IMG/VR virus record: IMGVR_UViG_3300035208_002851
Span: 1 to 64,000 of that record
Reading direction: 5' to 3' (one strand)
DNA length: 64,000 nt
Source: a virus
Taxonomy: Duplodnaviria > Caudoviricetes
The position numbers and the translations under genes were made by a program. The notes under the pieces are model-generated. The model was not told the DNA's origin and made no database searches. It saw only the letters and a list, made by a program, of their open reading frames with translations. Positions 18,080-28,016 of the stretch are shown here, piece by piece (within the stretch, counting starts at the first letter, position 1; every line of letters begins with the position of its first letter).

Positions 18080-18538
18080 ATGATAAGAGCGACAAAAAAA
18101 TGCCCTTATTGCGGTAAGGAATTTAGAAATTATTCTCGTTGTAGCCAAATATATTGTTCCTTTAAATGCTTTCAAGAAAATTTACGTCAACGGTCAAGAA
18201 ATAACTATAGACAAGCTACACCTGAAGAAAAAAAATTAAGATGTCAAAAAGATAGAGAAAAACGTAGTAAGTTAAGATATATTATAATTACCCATTATAG
18301 TGGTAATCCACCTAAATGTCAATGTTGCGGAGAAAGTATATATGATTTTTTAACTATAAATCATAAAAATGGTGGTGGTCACGAAGAACATAAAATTACT
18401 AATTATATGGAATTTTATAGGTCTATTATAGAAAATAATTTTCCAGATACTTTTAATATTTTATGTATGAATTGTAATTATGGTAGTTATAGAAGTATAG
18501 ATAAAATTTGTCCTCATAAAAAGGTTGAAATGAAATGA
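18080..18538 (+). CDS. Zinc-finger/HNH-like endonuclease
   Basis: CPYC..YCS..C, CQCCG...LTINHKNGGG...LCMNCN. Confidence 0.7.
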   Translation: MIRATKKCPYCGKEFRNYSRCSQIYCSFKCFQENLRQRSRNNYRQATPEEKKLRCQKDREKRSKLRYIIITHYSGNPPKCQCCGESIYDFLTINHKNGGGHEEHKITNYMEFYRSIIENNFPDTFNILCMNCNYGSYRSIDKICPHKKVEMK

Positions 18539-19248
18539 ATAAAAAATGGTCGGTTGAAGAAGAAAATAAACTTAGAGAAAATTATCCGTTTTTAGGATAT
18601 AAGGTACTTTCCTTGTTCCCAGATAGAAGTAAACCCTCAGTTATTCGCCATGCAGATTGGATGAATCTAAAGTTTGATAAAAAAGCTCGCAAAGAAAGCA
18701 AAGTTGATAAAGTCGGTTATTTAGACATCGAATCCACGGGCTTAACTGGTAATTTTGGATGGTTAATTTCTTGGTGTATAAAAGAACAAGATTCTAAAAA
18801 AATACTTTCGGCACATGTTACAAGAGAAGAAATCTTAGATGGCACACTCGACAAACGTATAGTGCAAGAACTTGTAGAAACCATGAAACAGTTTACGCTT
18901 ATTATAACTTACTACGGCGCTCGTTTTGACATTCCTATGGTACGTACGAGAGCTATTTTCTGGGAAATTCCATTCATTCCGTATGGAGAAATCGAGCATA
19001 AAGATTTGTATTTTTTGGCCCGCTCACGCCTAAGATTGCATAGTAATCGCCTAGATTCCGTTTGTGACCTAATGGGAATTTCCGGAAAAACCCATCTTGA
19101 GCCGCGGATTTGGGTTTCGGCAAACACAGGTAATGAAGAATCTATAAAGTACATCGTAGAACATAATCGCTGGGACGTAATTATACTCGAAGAAGTTCAT
19201 AGAAAACTGGGAGAATTTGCATCAACTACAGCTAGGAGTTTTCTATAG
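18535..19248 (+). CDS. RNase H-like (DEDD, RNase_H_2) exonuclease with N-terminal HTH
   Basis: WS.EEE..L N-terminus, YLDIESTG, YYGARFD, HNRWDV. Confidence 0.85.
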   Translation: MNKKWSVEEENKLRENYPFLGYKVLSLFPDRSKPSVIRHADWMNLKFDKKARKESKVDKVGYLDIESTGLTGNFGWLISWCIKEQDSKKILSAHVTREEILDGTLDKRIVQELVETMKQFTLIITYYGARFDIPMVRTRAIFWEIPFIPYGEIEHKDLYFLARSRLRLHSNRLDSVCDLMGISGKTHLEPRIWVSANTGNEESIKYIVEHNRWDVIILEEVHRKLGEFASTTARSFL

Positions 19249-19464
19249 ATGAGAAAAATAACTTTAGATATAGAAGATATAATTGATTTAGTTTACGTAA
19301 GTATGAACGGAGAAGCAGAAGAATATCTATTAGATTTCATGAAAGATGATTGCAAAATAACAAAAGAAGAAGTTCAGGAATACGGTAGAATTTTAGGAAG
19401 CAAAAAACCCTATACAGAAGAAGACACCAAAGCAGTTTTAGATTTTGCTGATGAAATCTATTAG
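19249..19464 (+). CDS. Hypothetical acidic protein
   Basis: Coupled ORF. Confidence 0.5.
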   Translation: MRKITLDIEDIIDLVYVSMNGEAEEYLLDFMKDDCKITKEEVQEYGRILGSKKPYTEEDTKAVLDFADEIY

Positions 19465-19474
19465 GTGATGTAAA

Positions 19475-20221
19475 ATAAACATCTCCAAATCCTCCCTTAA
19501 TTGCTATCTCAGTTGTCCTCGCAGATTCCAATATTCCTATATTGAAAGACGAAAGACAGAAACAACTTGGCAAATGACCCGAGGTTTACAGGTACATGAC
19601 TTCGCTAACAAATTTTATGACAATTTAGTTTTTGCTGAAGACACCTTTGCTTTAAATCCCATCTTTAAGGACTCTTTCTTCCAGAGTTGCTCACCAGAAG
19701 CTATAGATCAAATTGAAAATTTTATTAATTTTGAGCAAAGTAGATGGGAAATCTGTAAAAGTTTAGACTTGGAGAACCCAAAGAAACTTTTTATTCCCCT
19801 CCTTAGGGAAGGAAAGTTTGTTTCTGAGAAGCTCCAACAAGTTACGATTCTCGATAGAATGGATTTACGAACAGATGGTAATTATACTCTTGTAGAAATC
19901 AAGACTGAAAAATACAAACCTCAAGGATGGAAAGAAGGTGAATTCAGACGAGAGTTAATGTTTGAGAAACTTACAGCCGAGGCTACTCCTGAGTTCCAAC
20001 AGAAATTTCCCAATTCTATAGTTGACTTTGTTGTCTACTTCCCACGGAGTAATGATATATTCACTGGTAAGTTTGATTGGAGAACAGAACGCGCTCTAGA
20101 GAAAAATCTTGAAAAAATGCGGGAAGATATAAAGAATAGTCATTATGATTGCAATGTTGCATTTCTATGTAGATATTGCAGTTTTTCAAATATTTGTCCT
20201 ATGGAGATGCCTAAAAGATGA
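19475..20221 (+). CDS. Cas4/AddB-like PD-(D/E)xK nuclease, probable ATA start
   Basis: The in-frame upstream extension ISKSSLNCYLSCPRRFQY carries the conserved N-terminal Cys motif. DRMD...VEIKT and C-terminal CRYC.....C. Confidence 0.85.
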   Translation: MNISKSSLNCYLSCPRRFQYSYIERRKTETTWQMTRGLQVHDFANKFYDNLVFAEDTFALNPIFKDSFFQSCSPEAIDQIENFINFEQSRWEICKSLDLENPKKLFIPLLREGKFVSEKLQQVTILDRMDLRTDGNYTLVEIKTEKYKPQGWKEGEFRRELMFEKLTAEATPEFQQKFPNSIVDFVVYFPRSNDIFTGKFDWRTERALEKNLEKMREDIKNSHYDCNVAFLCRYCSFSNICPMEMPKR

Positions 20222-20472
20222 AACAATATATTGGCGGTACTAAGAAAGAACAAAAAGATGAACATAGTAAACATCTTACTATGCAGGATGTTTGCGATGC
20301 TATTAATATACAACTTTCTGCTGGTGTTTACAATGTTCATTCTACCATTACCATAAATCCTTATACAACAATATCTGGAACTTTTACAACATCATACGTT
20401 GATCCTTCAATTTTTACAACGTTTCAAAAACCAAACCCTAAATATATAGGCGGTTACAAAATACAACAGTGA
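20218..20472 (+). CDS. Hypothetical protein
   Basis: Coupled ORF. Confidence 0.5.
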   Translation: MKQYIGGTKKEQKDEHSKHLTMQDVCDAINIQLSAGVYNVHSTITINPYTTISGTFTTSYVDPSIFTTFQKPNPKYIGGYKIQQ

Positions 20473-21473
20473 AACATATGTGGACTGGTCCCTTTAATTC
20501 CTACCCAAGAGAACTTGGGTTCCCACAACGATCCTGTATAGTCTACAATGTAAATGAGTTTCTAGAAAAAGTTAACGTTCACAACTTCAAAACAGATGTT
20601 TACACATCGTTGTACTCATTTGATAAATTACAAGCAAACGGTAAACCAGACTATAATACTGCAAGAATTTCTCATATTTATTTTGACCTCGACAACAGCA
20701 ACTGTCTAAACAATTGTAGAACTCTTCATAGATATCTACAATCGGAGAACTTGAGTCATTGCATCTATTTTTCTGGTGGTGGTTTTCACGTTCATGTATC
20801 TACAGAATACCCTAATTTTTTAATGAATAAGAAAGCAGCAACGTTCAACTCTGTTATGGAAATCGCAGATAAATTGGGACTTAAAGTGGGCATAAATGAG
20901 GATTCTGATATAGATGCTCATACCGTAGGAGACATTGCCCGCATTGTTAGAGTTCCCAATACGTATAACTTGAAGAGAAAACGTTTCTGTATTCCAATCT
21001 CAGAAACTGACCTTGAGAAATCTATAGAAGAAATCCATCAATTGGCACAACATCAGGTTCCCACCTGTTACATTTATGGGTTGCGAAGCTTAGATTTAAA
21101 CCCTTATGATAGGGAACCTGTAGAAGAATACAGAATTCCCGCATTAGAAATATCTGATGAATCTATAGGTATTGATAACATCAATGTAGATAAATTTCCA
21201 GACTGTGTTAAAACTTTATTAACCAAAAAGAATATAAAGCACAGAGAGAGATTTGTAGTAATAACTTACTGTAAAGAGCTGGGGTTGCCCCTCCGAGATA
21301 CGATTCTTCTATTGAAGAAACATCTTGACCCCATTACTTGGAACCATTGTGTCCATGAGGAGAGGCAACCCGTCTTTATCTACAGACGGGCCGACTTAGG
21401 CTTCCCAAAATGTGAAAAAATAAAAGAGGAAGGATTGTGCACAAAAAATTGTGGAGAAAGAAAGAATGAGTAA
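20469..21473 (+). CDS. Archaeo-eukaryotic primase, PriS fused to a PriL-like Fe-S domain
   Basis: YFDLD, SGGGFH, RIVRVPNT. C-terminal FPDC..H.ER..C..C...GLC. Confidence 0.88.
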   Translation: MKHMWTGPFNSYPRELGFPQRSCIVYNVNEFLEKVNVHNFKTDVYTSLYSFDKLQANGKPDYNTARISHIYFDLDNSNCLNNCRTLHRYLQSENLSHCIYFSGGGFHVHVSTEYPNFLMNKKAATFNSVMEIADKLGLKVGINEDSDIDAHTVGDIARIVRVPNTYNLKRKRFCIPISETDLEKSIEEIHQLAQHQVPTCYIYGLRSLDLNPYDREPVEEYRIPALEISDESIGIDNINVDKFPDCVKTLLTKKNIKHRERFVVITYCKELGLPLRDTILLLKKHLDPITWNHCVHEERQPVFIYRRADLGFPKCEKIKEEGLCTKNCGERKNE

Positions 21474-21726
21474 AATACAAAAAGGTATTGTTCAAGGTTC
21501 TTTGGTATTTGAAAAAATGAAAGAGATTCCTAATAATAAAATAGTAGAAAAAATTACAGATGAAGATTATAATCCTTTTGATGAAATAAAGAAATTAAAA
21601 ACAAAGATTAATCAGCTTGAACGAAGAAACCATATGATTTTTAAGTATGTGAAACTTAGTTATAATAAAATAATTGTGCTGGAAGAGAAAGTCGAAAAAC
21701 TGGAAAAAGAGAAAAATGGCAATTAA
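21466..21726 (+). CDS. Coiled-coil hypothetical protein
   Basis: ORF with heptad pattern. Confidence 0.5.
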   Translation: MSKIQKGIVQGSLVFEKMKEIPNNKIVEKITDEDYNPFDEIKKLKTKINQLERRNHMIFKYVKLSYNKIIVLEEKVEKLEKEKNGN

Positions 21727-22987
21727 AGAAAAAGACTTCATGGAAACATTCTGCTCTTCATTCGAAATGTGGAGTTACAATAACAAATTATACGGTAGAT
21801 TATGCGCCCATATCCTATTAGGACAAATTTTAAAACACATCAAAATTCCCTACGGGCCCATATATATAGACCCAAGAGTTTCTCTTTTCTTAATTCAACC
21901 CAGCGGTACTGGAAAGTCAGTTCCTTGGGACTTAATAAAGAGCGTCGGAGAAAAATGCTCCTTAAAAGTAACTGATATAGATGAAGCAACTGATGCAGCT
22001 TTAATCGGTTCAGAAGAGCCCGAAGAAGTTATAGACCCAGAAACAAGGACGAAAACTATCGTTCACAATGTCATAAAAGGCAAACTTTCAGAGAACGATA
22101 TTCTTCATTATGATGAAGGTCAAATGCTTATCCGTAGAGGTCAGTACTCCCAAAATACTTTAGCTTGGTTCCAGAAAGCATTAAATCCCATTGGGTCTGG
22201 GCAAAACATTTGTACAAAAAACTTAGCACACAGCGAAATCACGATTGCTCCCACCTGCAGTTTACTTATAACTTCCCACGAAATCGAAAATGTTCTAGAA
22301 ACAGTTTTGAACACTGGGTTCTTTCAGAGAATAGTTCTCTATCCGCGTTATGTGCCAGTTGCCGAAAGAAAAAATAATGAGTTTCTGCGGCACGATAGAT
22401 TTGGAAAAGAAATCTCTACACCCCTTGATGTAGAAGCTCTTGCGGAGATGCTTTTTGAAGTTGCAAAAAATAATGCTGATTATAAAATAGATGTTGACCC
22501 CGCAGTTTACCCAATAGCAAAACAGTATATTGATTCTCGCTACCGTCTTATAGATACTGCAAATGAGAGGGTTAGAGAAATATTGGCGACGTTTATACCA
22601 CGTTATGACAACTTGATGGATATCTTTGCGGTGCATCATTCATGTATGAATAGTAAAAAGAAGATAGACATCGAAGATATAAAGTACGGCGGAATGTTGT
22701 CTAATGAGTTGTTCCAAGAAGTTATGACTTGGGTTGAAGAAAACATAACCTTAGCGAAGCTATCTACAAGAGAGAAAGCTTACCTCGATAGATTCTACCA
22801 GATGTGGTTCTCTATGGAGAAAGATGAGTTCGGTTATGTTAATAAAATAGCGTTAATGAAAAAGTTTAATGAAAAATGGAAAATTACTTACCCAACATTG
22901 GTGAGGAATATTGAAAAATTCAAAGGATATGGAAAAGTTAAAGAAAGAGATGTCAACAATGCCAAATATATTAAAGTTGAAATTTAA
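21716..22987 (+). CDS. MCM-like replicative helicase
   Basis: QPSGTGKS, TDAALIGS, HYDEG, GFFQR, C-terminal wHTH-like. Near the primase. Confidence 0.75.
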   Translation: MAIKEKDFMETFCSSFEMWSYNNKLYGRLCAHILLGQILKHIKIPYGPIYIDPRVSLFLIQPSGTGKSVPWDLIKSVGEKCSLKVTDIDEATDAALIGSEEPEEVIDPETRTKTIVHNVIKGKLSENDILHYDEGQMLIRRGQYSQNTLAWFQKALNPIGSGQNICTKNLAHSEITIAPTCSLLITSHEIENVLETVLNTGFFQRIVLYPRYVPVAERKNNEFLRHDRFGKEISTPLDVEALAEMLFEVAKNNADYKIDVDPAVYPIAKQYIDSRYRLIDTANERVREILATFIPRYDNLMDIFAVHHSCMNSKKKIDIEDIKYGGMLSNELFQEVMTWVEENITLAKLSTREKAYLDRFYQMWFSMEKDEFGYVNKIALMKKFNEKWKITYPTLVRNIEKFKGYGKVKERDVNNAKYIKVEI

Positions 22988-23008
22988 AAATAGTGGAGGA
23001 TTGAAACA

Positions 23009-24274
23009 ATAGTAGATAAAAATAAAGTTATGGTAATGAGCGATGCGAGCTTAAACACAGGGTTTGGAAAAGTTCTACACAATATAGCTTACGGTTTAAG
23101 TGAATCTGGTCTAGAAACATTTTTCCTTGGCTGGGGATTTAAATATGAATCTTCAATTCCCAGAACAAACTATACTCTGCTGCCTTGCGGAAACGAACCC
23201 TTCGGTCAAGATGTTCTACCGTATTACATACAGCAAATAAAACCAGAAGTTTTGATTGTCCAAAGCGACACAAGGATGACTGCGTATATACCACAAATGC
23301 TGAAGCAACTTCCAGTTAAACCGGTTTTCGTGCACTATGTTGTCATAGATGGAAATACATGGCAAATTGATGGTAAAAATCATTGGCCCCTAAACTGGTC
23401 CCAGATAATTAAGGGAGCAGACAAAGTTGTTGCAATGAGTAAATTTGGTCAGTCAATTCTCAAAGATATGGGAATAGAATCAGAAGTTATCTATCACGGT
23501 GTAGACACAACACAGTTTCTACCAGTTTCACCAGAGCAAAGAAAATCTCTAAAGAAACAAGTTGGGCTCGGAGAGGATAAATTTGTTTTCCTTGGAGTAT
23601 TCAAAAGCATGCAACGCAAAAACCCAGAAAAATATCTACAGGCTTTCAAAATTTTCCTAGAAAGCAAAGAATTGACACAGGCTGAAAAGGATAATTGTAT
23701 TCTTGTTCTACATACACAACCACAACCTCAACAAGGAGGAGAATACGATCTTGTAGAACAATGCATAGATTCTGGGTTGCAACCTGGTAAAAATGTTATC
23801 TTTAGTGCTCAGGGGGTCCCAGCGGATAGAATGCAATTGATCTACCAGACTGCGGATGTTTTCATGCATTTAGGTACTATGGAGGGTTTCGGGATTCCTA
23901 TTCTTGAAGCTATGTCTTGTGGTCTACCAATTATAGGTGTAGATAGTTGTACTATGCCAGAATTAATCGGTGACTGCGGTATACTATCTGAAGTTCCACG
24001 ATACAAAAACAACCAAAAGATTAAATATGGTTCATACAACGGGGTTGAAGCGGAACAAGTCGATCCATGGGATGTTGCAAAACAGATGTTGAAACTCTAT
24101 AAGAGTGAAGCATTACGCAAAGAATTGGGAACAAAAGCAACCGAGAAAGCTGTTAGAGAGTTTGATTGGACACTGATTCGCAAACAATGGGTAGAATACG
24201 TGGGTAAACTTGTGCTTAAAGCAGAGGACGTGCCCGCCGAGTGGGCCCGTCTGATGGAAGAAACGAAGGTCTAA
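23009..24274 (+). CDS. GT-B (GT4) glycosyltransferase, probable ATA start at 23009
   Basis: SD...TGFG, IYHGVD, RKN, EGFGIPILEAMSCG. GGAGG SD before the ATA. Confidence 0.9.
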   Translation: MVDKNKVMVMSDASLNTGFGKVLHNIAYGLSESGLETFFLGWGFKYESSIPRTNYTLLPCGNEPFGQDVLPYYIQQIKPEVLIVQSDTRMTAYIPQMLKQLPVKPVFVHYVVIDGNTWQIDGKNHWPLNWSQIIKGADKVVAMSKFGQSILKDMGIESEVIYHGVDTTQFLPVSPEQRKSLKKQVGLGEDKFVFLGVFKSMQRKNPEKYLQAFKIFLESKELTQAEKDNCILVLHTQPQPQQGGEYDLVEQCIDSGLQPGKNVIFSAQGVPADRMQLIYQTADVFMHLGTMEGFGIPILEAMSCGLPIIGVDSCTMPELIGDCGILSEVPRYKNNQKIKYGSYNGVEAEQVDPWDVAKQMLKLYKSEALRKELGTKATEKAVREFDWTLIRKQWVEYVGKLVLKAEDVPAEWARLMEETKV

Positions 24275-24276
24275 GA

Positions 24277-24588
24277 ATGACAGAAGATTTATTACAAAAA
24301 ATGTTAGATATTCAACAAAAATTTCAACAGTCTACAGGGTTTGACCCAGAAGTTCACCAGATAGCCGCGGCATTAGCTGCGGAAGCTGGTGAATTATGGG
24401 GAGCCAGCGGCGGCAAGTGGTGGAAGAAAACAAAGAAACCCGATGAAGAAATAGATGAAGAACTTATGGATTGTTTCCACTTCTTCCTTGCAGCATGCTT
24501 GAAGAGAAACTTAAGCTCAAAAGAAATCTATGAAAGATATATAGAGAAGATGGAAATTAATATTCAACGTCAGAAGGATAACTATTAG
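24277..24588 (+). CDS. All-alpha dUTPase/MazG-like pyrophosphatase
   Basis: EAGEL, KWWK, EELMDCFHF, K...N..RQ..Y. Confidence 0.85.
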   Translation: MTEDLLQKMLDIQQKFQQSTGFDPEVHQIAAALAAEAGELWGASGGKWWKKTKKPDEEIDEELMDCFHFFLAACLKRNLSSKEIYERYIEKMEINIQRQKDNY

Positions 24589-24615
24589 GGTCACGTTTTT
24601 GAACCTGGTGAAATT

Positions 24616-26508
24616 GTGAGAAAAGCAGAACTTAAATTTAGAAAGATGCTTGAAGGTATAGACCCAGAATTCTCTGAGTTTATGCTTGAACAAGATTATA
24701 AACTTTTAGAGTTAGATGGGGTAACCTCAATTAACCCCTTTGAATTCAAGAAAAACTATTGGACTAAAAACACAGAAGATGTCACCATTAATGCAAATGC
24801 AAACGTAGGAAACACGGGAGATAAGAAATCTTTTTGCAATCTTACCGCGGAAATTGTGGCTCCCGTAAATAAATTATCAACTCTATATCTTTTCAGAAAA
24901 TATGGTAATAGAATTCAAACTGGTAATGGCGACTCATTAGTAAAAAGTATAATGGATGGTTCAGTTTATTATCATAATAGCACTCTTTCTGATTTACCTT
25001 ACTGTATCGGTTTAAGTACGTACCCACTAATTAGTGAAGGTCTAACTTTTGGTGCTCTTAAAAGTTCTCCGCCAAAACGACCGACAAGTTTCACCAATCA
25101 AGTTATCCGATGGGTTCAAATAGCGTCAAACCATTTTGCTGGTGCTACAGCACTGACAGATTTCATCCAAAACTATTCTTATTTTACATTACAGAACCCA
25201 GCTTATTCCGATAAAGAACGTGAAAACGATTTCCAAAACTTAATCCACGGGATTTCCGATGAAATCAGATATGCCGTGCAAAGCCCATTTGTCAACATAT
25301 CTATATCCAGCCCAGACACAATGAGATTCTCAATGTCAAACTATCTATGGGGCGATCATAAGATAGAAGACATGATGGACGAAATAATGAAGAACCAGCT
25401 TCTTTACGCACGATTTATTGCAAGAGGTCAACTTGATAAAGGTAACCCAGTGGGTCTCCCATATAGATTCCCAATCACAACTGTAGTTGCAGATCCCTCT
25501 TTTGAAAAAGAATATCCTAACGAATGGCGCGAAATCTTAGAAAGCAATGCAAATCTTTGCCACCTAAACTTCTTTAATTCGTGGAATACTCCGTTGAAAT
25601 CTCTCAGTATGTGTTGTAGATTATCCCCCTCTATAGAAGATTTGTTAAAACTTAACCTAAATCAGACCTTCGGTTCATTTCTACAGATTGGTTCCCACGG
25701 TGTTTGTAGTATAAATCTACCACGCATAGCGTATGAAACAAAAGATGAAGATAAGTTCATAGAACTCCTTAAAGTGAGAATGCAAGTGGCACACGACCTA
25801 TTAAAGATTCATAGAGAAGAAATCTTACAGAAGCGTCGCTTAAAGTACAACTTCTTCTTTAATCATGGATATCTAAACTTGAAACGTCATTTCTTTAGCA
25901 CTGTTGGTTTCATAGGATTAGCAAATGCTGTAGAAATTTTGGGTATGAAAATTACAGATGCTTCCGGTCTTAAGTTTGCTAAAAAAGTGCTAAGTTTCAT
26001 GAAAGAAGAAACAGTTAGATACAGCCAAGAAGATGGTGTATTGTTTAACATTGAGGAAGTACCAGCAGAAAGCGCTTCAGGAACTCTAGCCCAAAAAGAC
26101 AAAATCTTAGTTGGAGGGTCTTACCAATTTTACGATAGTCAGTTTGTTCCTCTCTCATACGATATTAGTTTAGTAAAACGTATAGAAATTGAAGGCGAAT
26201 TACAAGAACATTGTACAGGTGGCAGCATTTCACATCTAAACTTAGATGGTCGCCCAGAACCAAAAGCTTTATATAAATTTACAGAAAATATATTACATAA
26301 TTCAAAGCTACGTCAGTTTGCTTTCAACACAGGCTTCACAATTTGTAAAACAGGTCATAATTCAATGGGGGTTTATCCAAAATGTCCAGAATGCGGCGCA
26401 ACCGACAATGAATACATAACCAGAATTGTTGGGTATTTCACTCCGGTTTCTGCTTGGAACAAAGCAAAACAATTAGAATTTAAATCAAGACGTTGGGAAA
26501 AATTATGA
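24616..26508 (+). CDS. nrdD: Anaerobic (class III) ribonucleotide reductase
   Basis: PYC, MCCRL, SINLPRIA, PAES, C-terminal Zn site and RIVGY glycyl-radical motif. Confidence 0.95.
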   Translation: MRKAELKFRKMLEGIDPEFSEFMLEQDYKLLELDGVTSINPFEFKKNYWTKNTEDVTINANANVGNTGDKKSFCNLTAEIVAPVNKLSTLYLFRKYGNRIQTGNGDSLVKSIMDGSVYYHNSTLSDLPYCIGLSTYPLISEGLTFGALKSSPPKRPTSFTNQVIRWVQIASNHFAGATALTDFIQNYSYFTLQNPAYSDKERENDFQNLIHGISDEIRYAVQSPFVNISISSPDTMRFSMSNYLWGDHKIEDMMDEIMKNQLLYARFIARGQLDKGNPVGLPYRFPITTVVADPSFEKEYPNEWREILESNANLCHLNFFNSWNTPLKSLSMCCRLSPSIEDLLKLNLNQTFGSFLQIGSHGVCSINLPRIAYETKDEDKFIELLKVRMQVAHDLLKIHREEILQKRRLKYNFFFNHGYLNLKRHFFSTVGFIGLANAVEILGMKITDASGLKFAKKVLSFMKEETVRYSQEDGVLFNIEEVPAESASGTLAQKDKILVGGSYQFYDSQFVPLSYDISLVKRIEIEGELQEHCTGGSISHLNLDGRPEPKALYKFTENILHNSKLRQFAFNTGFTICKTGHNSMGVYPKCPECGATDNEYITRIVGYFTPVSAWNKAKQLEFKSRRWEKL

Positions 26509-26741
26509 TGAAACGATTTGTAGTTTATAGACCTCAACCACCAGAACATTATGTAAGAGAAGGATATGCCCTGCCAATTGACCAAATTCAAGTTGAAGGT
26601 ATTGTTACTTCTAATGGCAAATGTATTATTGAATGGCAAACAGCCGTGAATTCAGTTGCAATTTTTGAGAATTTTGATGCTTTCATGAAAATTCATGGTC
26701 ATCCAGAATATAAAACGATAATTAAGTGGTTAGACGAATAA
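26505..26741 (+). CDS. Conserved phage hypothetical protein
   Basis: EG.V...G.....W...S......IHGH....I.W.D pattern. Confidence 0.6.
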   Translation: MMKRFVVYRPQPPEHYVREGYALPIDQIQVEGIVTSNGKCIIEWQTAVNSVAIFENFDAFMKIHGHPEYKTIIKWLDE

Positions 26742-26908
26742 TGAAATACGAATTAAAATGTGAACATGACAATACAGTGCTTAAGCAAGAAGAAACTATA
26801 GCAGGTATAATTTACACCTGCTCAAAATGCCTTTGTGTCTATAGACTTATGATAGCTAAAAATGATAACAAATGTTGGGCTAAAAGATTTCCGAGGACAA
26901 AAAAATGA
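26741..26908 (+). CDS. Small zinc-ribbon protein
   Basis: CEHD...CSKC. Confidence 0.5.
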   Translation: MKYELKCEHDNTVLKQEETIAGIIYTCSKCLCVYRLMIAKNDNKCWAKRFPRTKK

Positions 26909-27630
26909 ACATTAAAGGCGTTGCCAATCTCTCCTTAGTAGACTGGGATAATGAAGTCTGTGCCACCCTCTTTCTTGGTGGGTGCAACTTCCGTTGCGGT
27001 TGGTGCCAAAACTCCTCCTTAGTCGTTGACGAACAGCAAATCAATTCCATTCCAATAGCAGACATTCTACAACATATCGAAGGCTTAGGAAGTTACATAA
27101 CTGGCATCTGTATCACTGGTGGTGAACCCACGTTGCACAATATAGAACCCCTATGTAGAGACATTAAAAACTTGGGATTAAAAGTAAAACTTGACACCAA
27201 CGGTTCCCACGGAGAAGTAGCAGAAAAACTCCTAAGTGATAACCTCGTTGACTACTTAGCATTAGATATAAAAGCTCCCTTAACAGTTAAAGATTACTCT
27301 AAAACAACCTCAACTCAAATATCTATAGATACATTATCAACCATAATGCACCTTGTAGACTTTCTATTAAATAACAAATATGACTATGAGTTTAGAACCA
27401 CCGTCGTTCCAACCCTGCATAATAAGCGAAGCATAGAACAAATCTGCAAATATGGTATAACGGGCGCACGAAAATACGTCATACAAAACTTCTGGAATTG
27501 CGGAAACCTAATTGACCCCGACTTATATAAAGTTAAACTTTTTCCACAGAAAAAGCTTGTAGAGTTTTCCAAAATAGCAGAACAGTATGTTGAAGAAGTA
27601 AAGATTCGCAACTTTAACCAGAATCTTTAA
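26905..27630 (+). CDS. nrdG: Anaerobic RNR activating radical SAM enzyme
   Basis: SLVDW, GCNFRCGWCQN, TGGEPT, DTNGS, EFRTT. Confidence 0.92.
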   Translation: MNIKGVANLSLVDWDNEVCATLFLGGCNFRCGWCQNSSLVVDEQQINSIPIADILQHIEGLGSYITGICITGGEPTLHNIEPLCRDIKNLGLKVKLDTNGSHGEVAEKLLSDNLVDYLALDIKAPLTVKDYSKTTSTQISIDTLSTIMHLVDFLLNNKYDYEFRTTVVPTLHNKRSIEQICKYGITGARKYVIQNFWNCGNLIDPDLYKVKLFPQKKLVEFSKIAEQYVEEVKIRNFNQNL

Positions 27631-27633
27631 ATA
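27620..27633 (+). promoter_or_regulatory. BRE-TATA promoter at the head of the glycan locus
   Basis: AGAATCTTTAAATA, 27 nt upstream of GTG 27660 (leaderless spacing). Confidence 0.65.
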
Positions 27634-27659
27634 TTCTTCTACCCTTTCTTATTTTTAAA

Positions 27660-28016
27660 GTGAAACTTATGATTATAGACGGCATGCGGGTAGAAGTAAC
27701 ACGATTTGATAATCTCTATGAACTTTTAAAAGTGGAGCAAACTCACTATATTTTAAAATTTGAGTTAAATAAGGACGATGCAATCTATTATATGATTGCC
27801 GATGGCCCAAGTTTTGCTTTGCTTGCTTTCTGTTTTGACAAAAATTTTACTCATGAAAACATAAAAATCGAAAATGGCAAAGCTATGGATTGCACAGAGT
27901 TAAACGGTACCACTATTGTAACTGTCAAAATTGAAGAGGATACCTTCTTAGAAAAAATCCTTGAATGCATCTATCCAGATGAAGAGAAACCTAAAAAGAA
28001 GTGGCGGTTCTTCTGA
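27660..28016 (+). CDS. Hypothetical protein
   Basis: ORF after the promoter. Confidence 0.55.
   Translation: MKLMIIDGMRVEVTRFDNLYELLKVEQTHYILKFELNKDDAIYYMIADGPSFALLAFCFDKNFTHENIKIENGKAMDCTELNGTTIVTVKIEEDTFLEKILECIYPDEEKPKKKWRFF

Noticed and set aside
19475-20221. Cas4-like gene as part of a CRISPR system
   Set aside because: No array or other cas genes. Solo Cas4-like nucleases are common in archaeal viral replication modules.
24586-24618. dUTPase TAG is in frame with nrdD, suggesting amber readthrough or a fusion
   Set aside because: The dUTPase ends at its normal RQ..Y motif, and nrdD has its own GGTGA SD and GTG start. TAG acts as a true stop elsewhere.
12168-26508. Inteins or introns in PolB, helicase or NrdD
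   Set aside because: The proteins are of normal or compact length with contiguous motifs and no intein ends.
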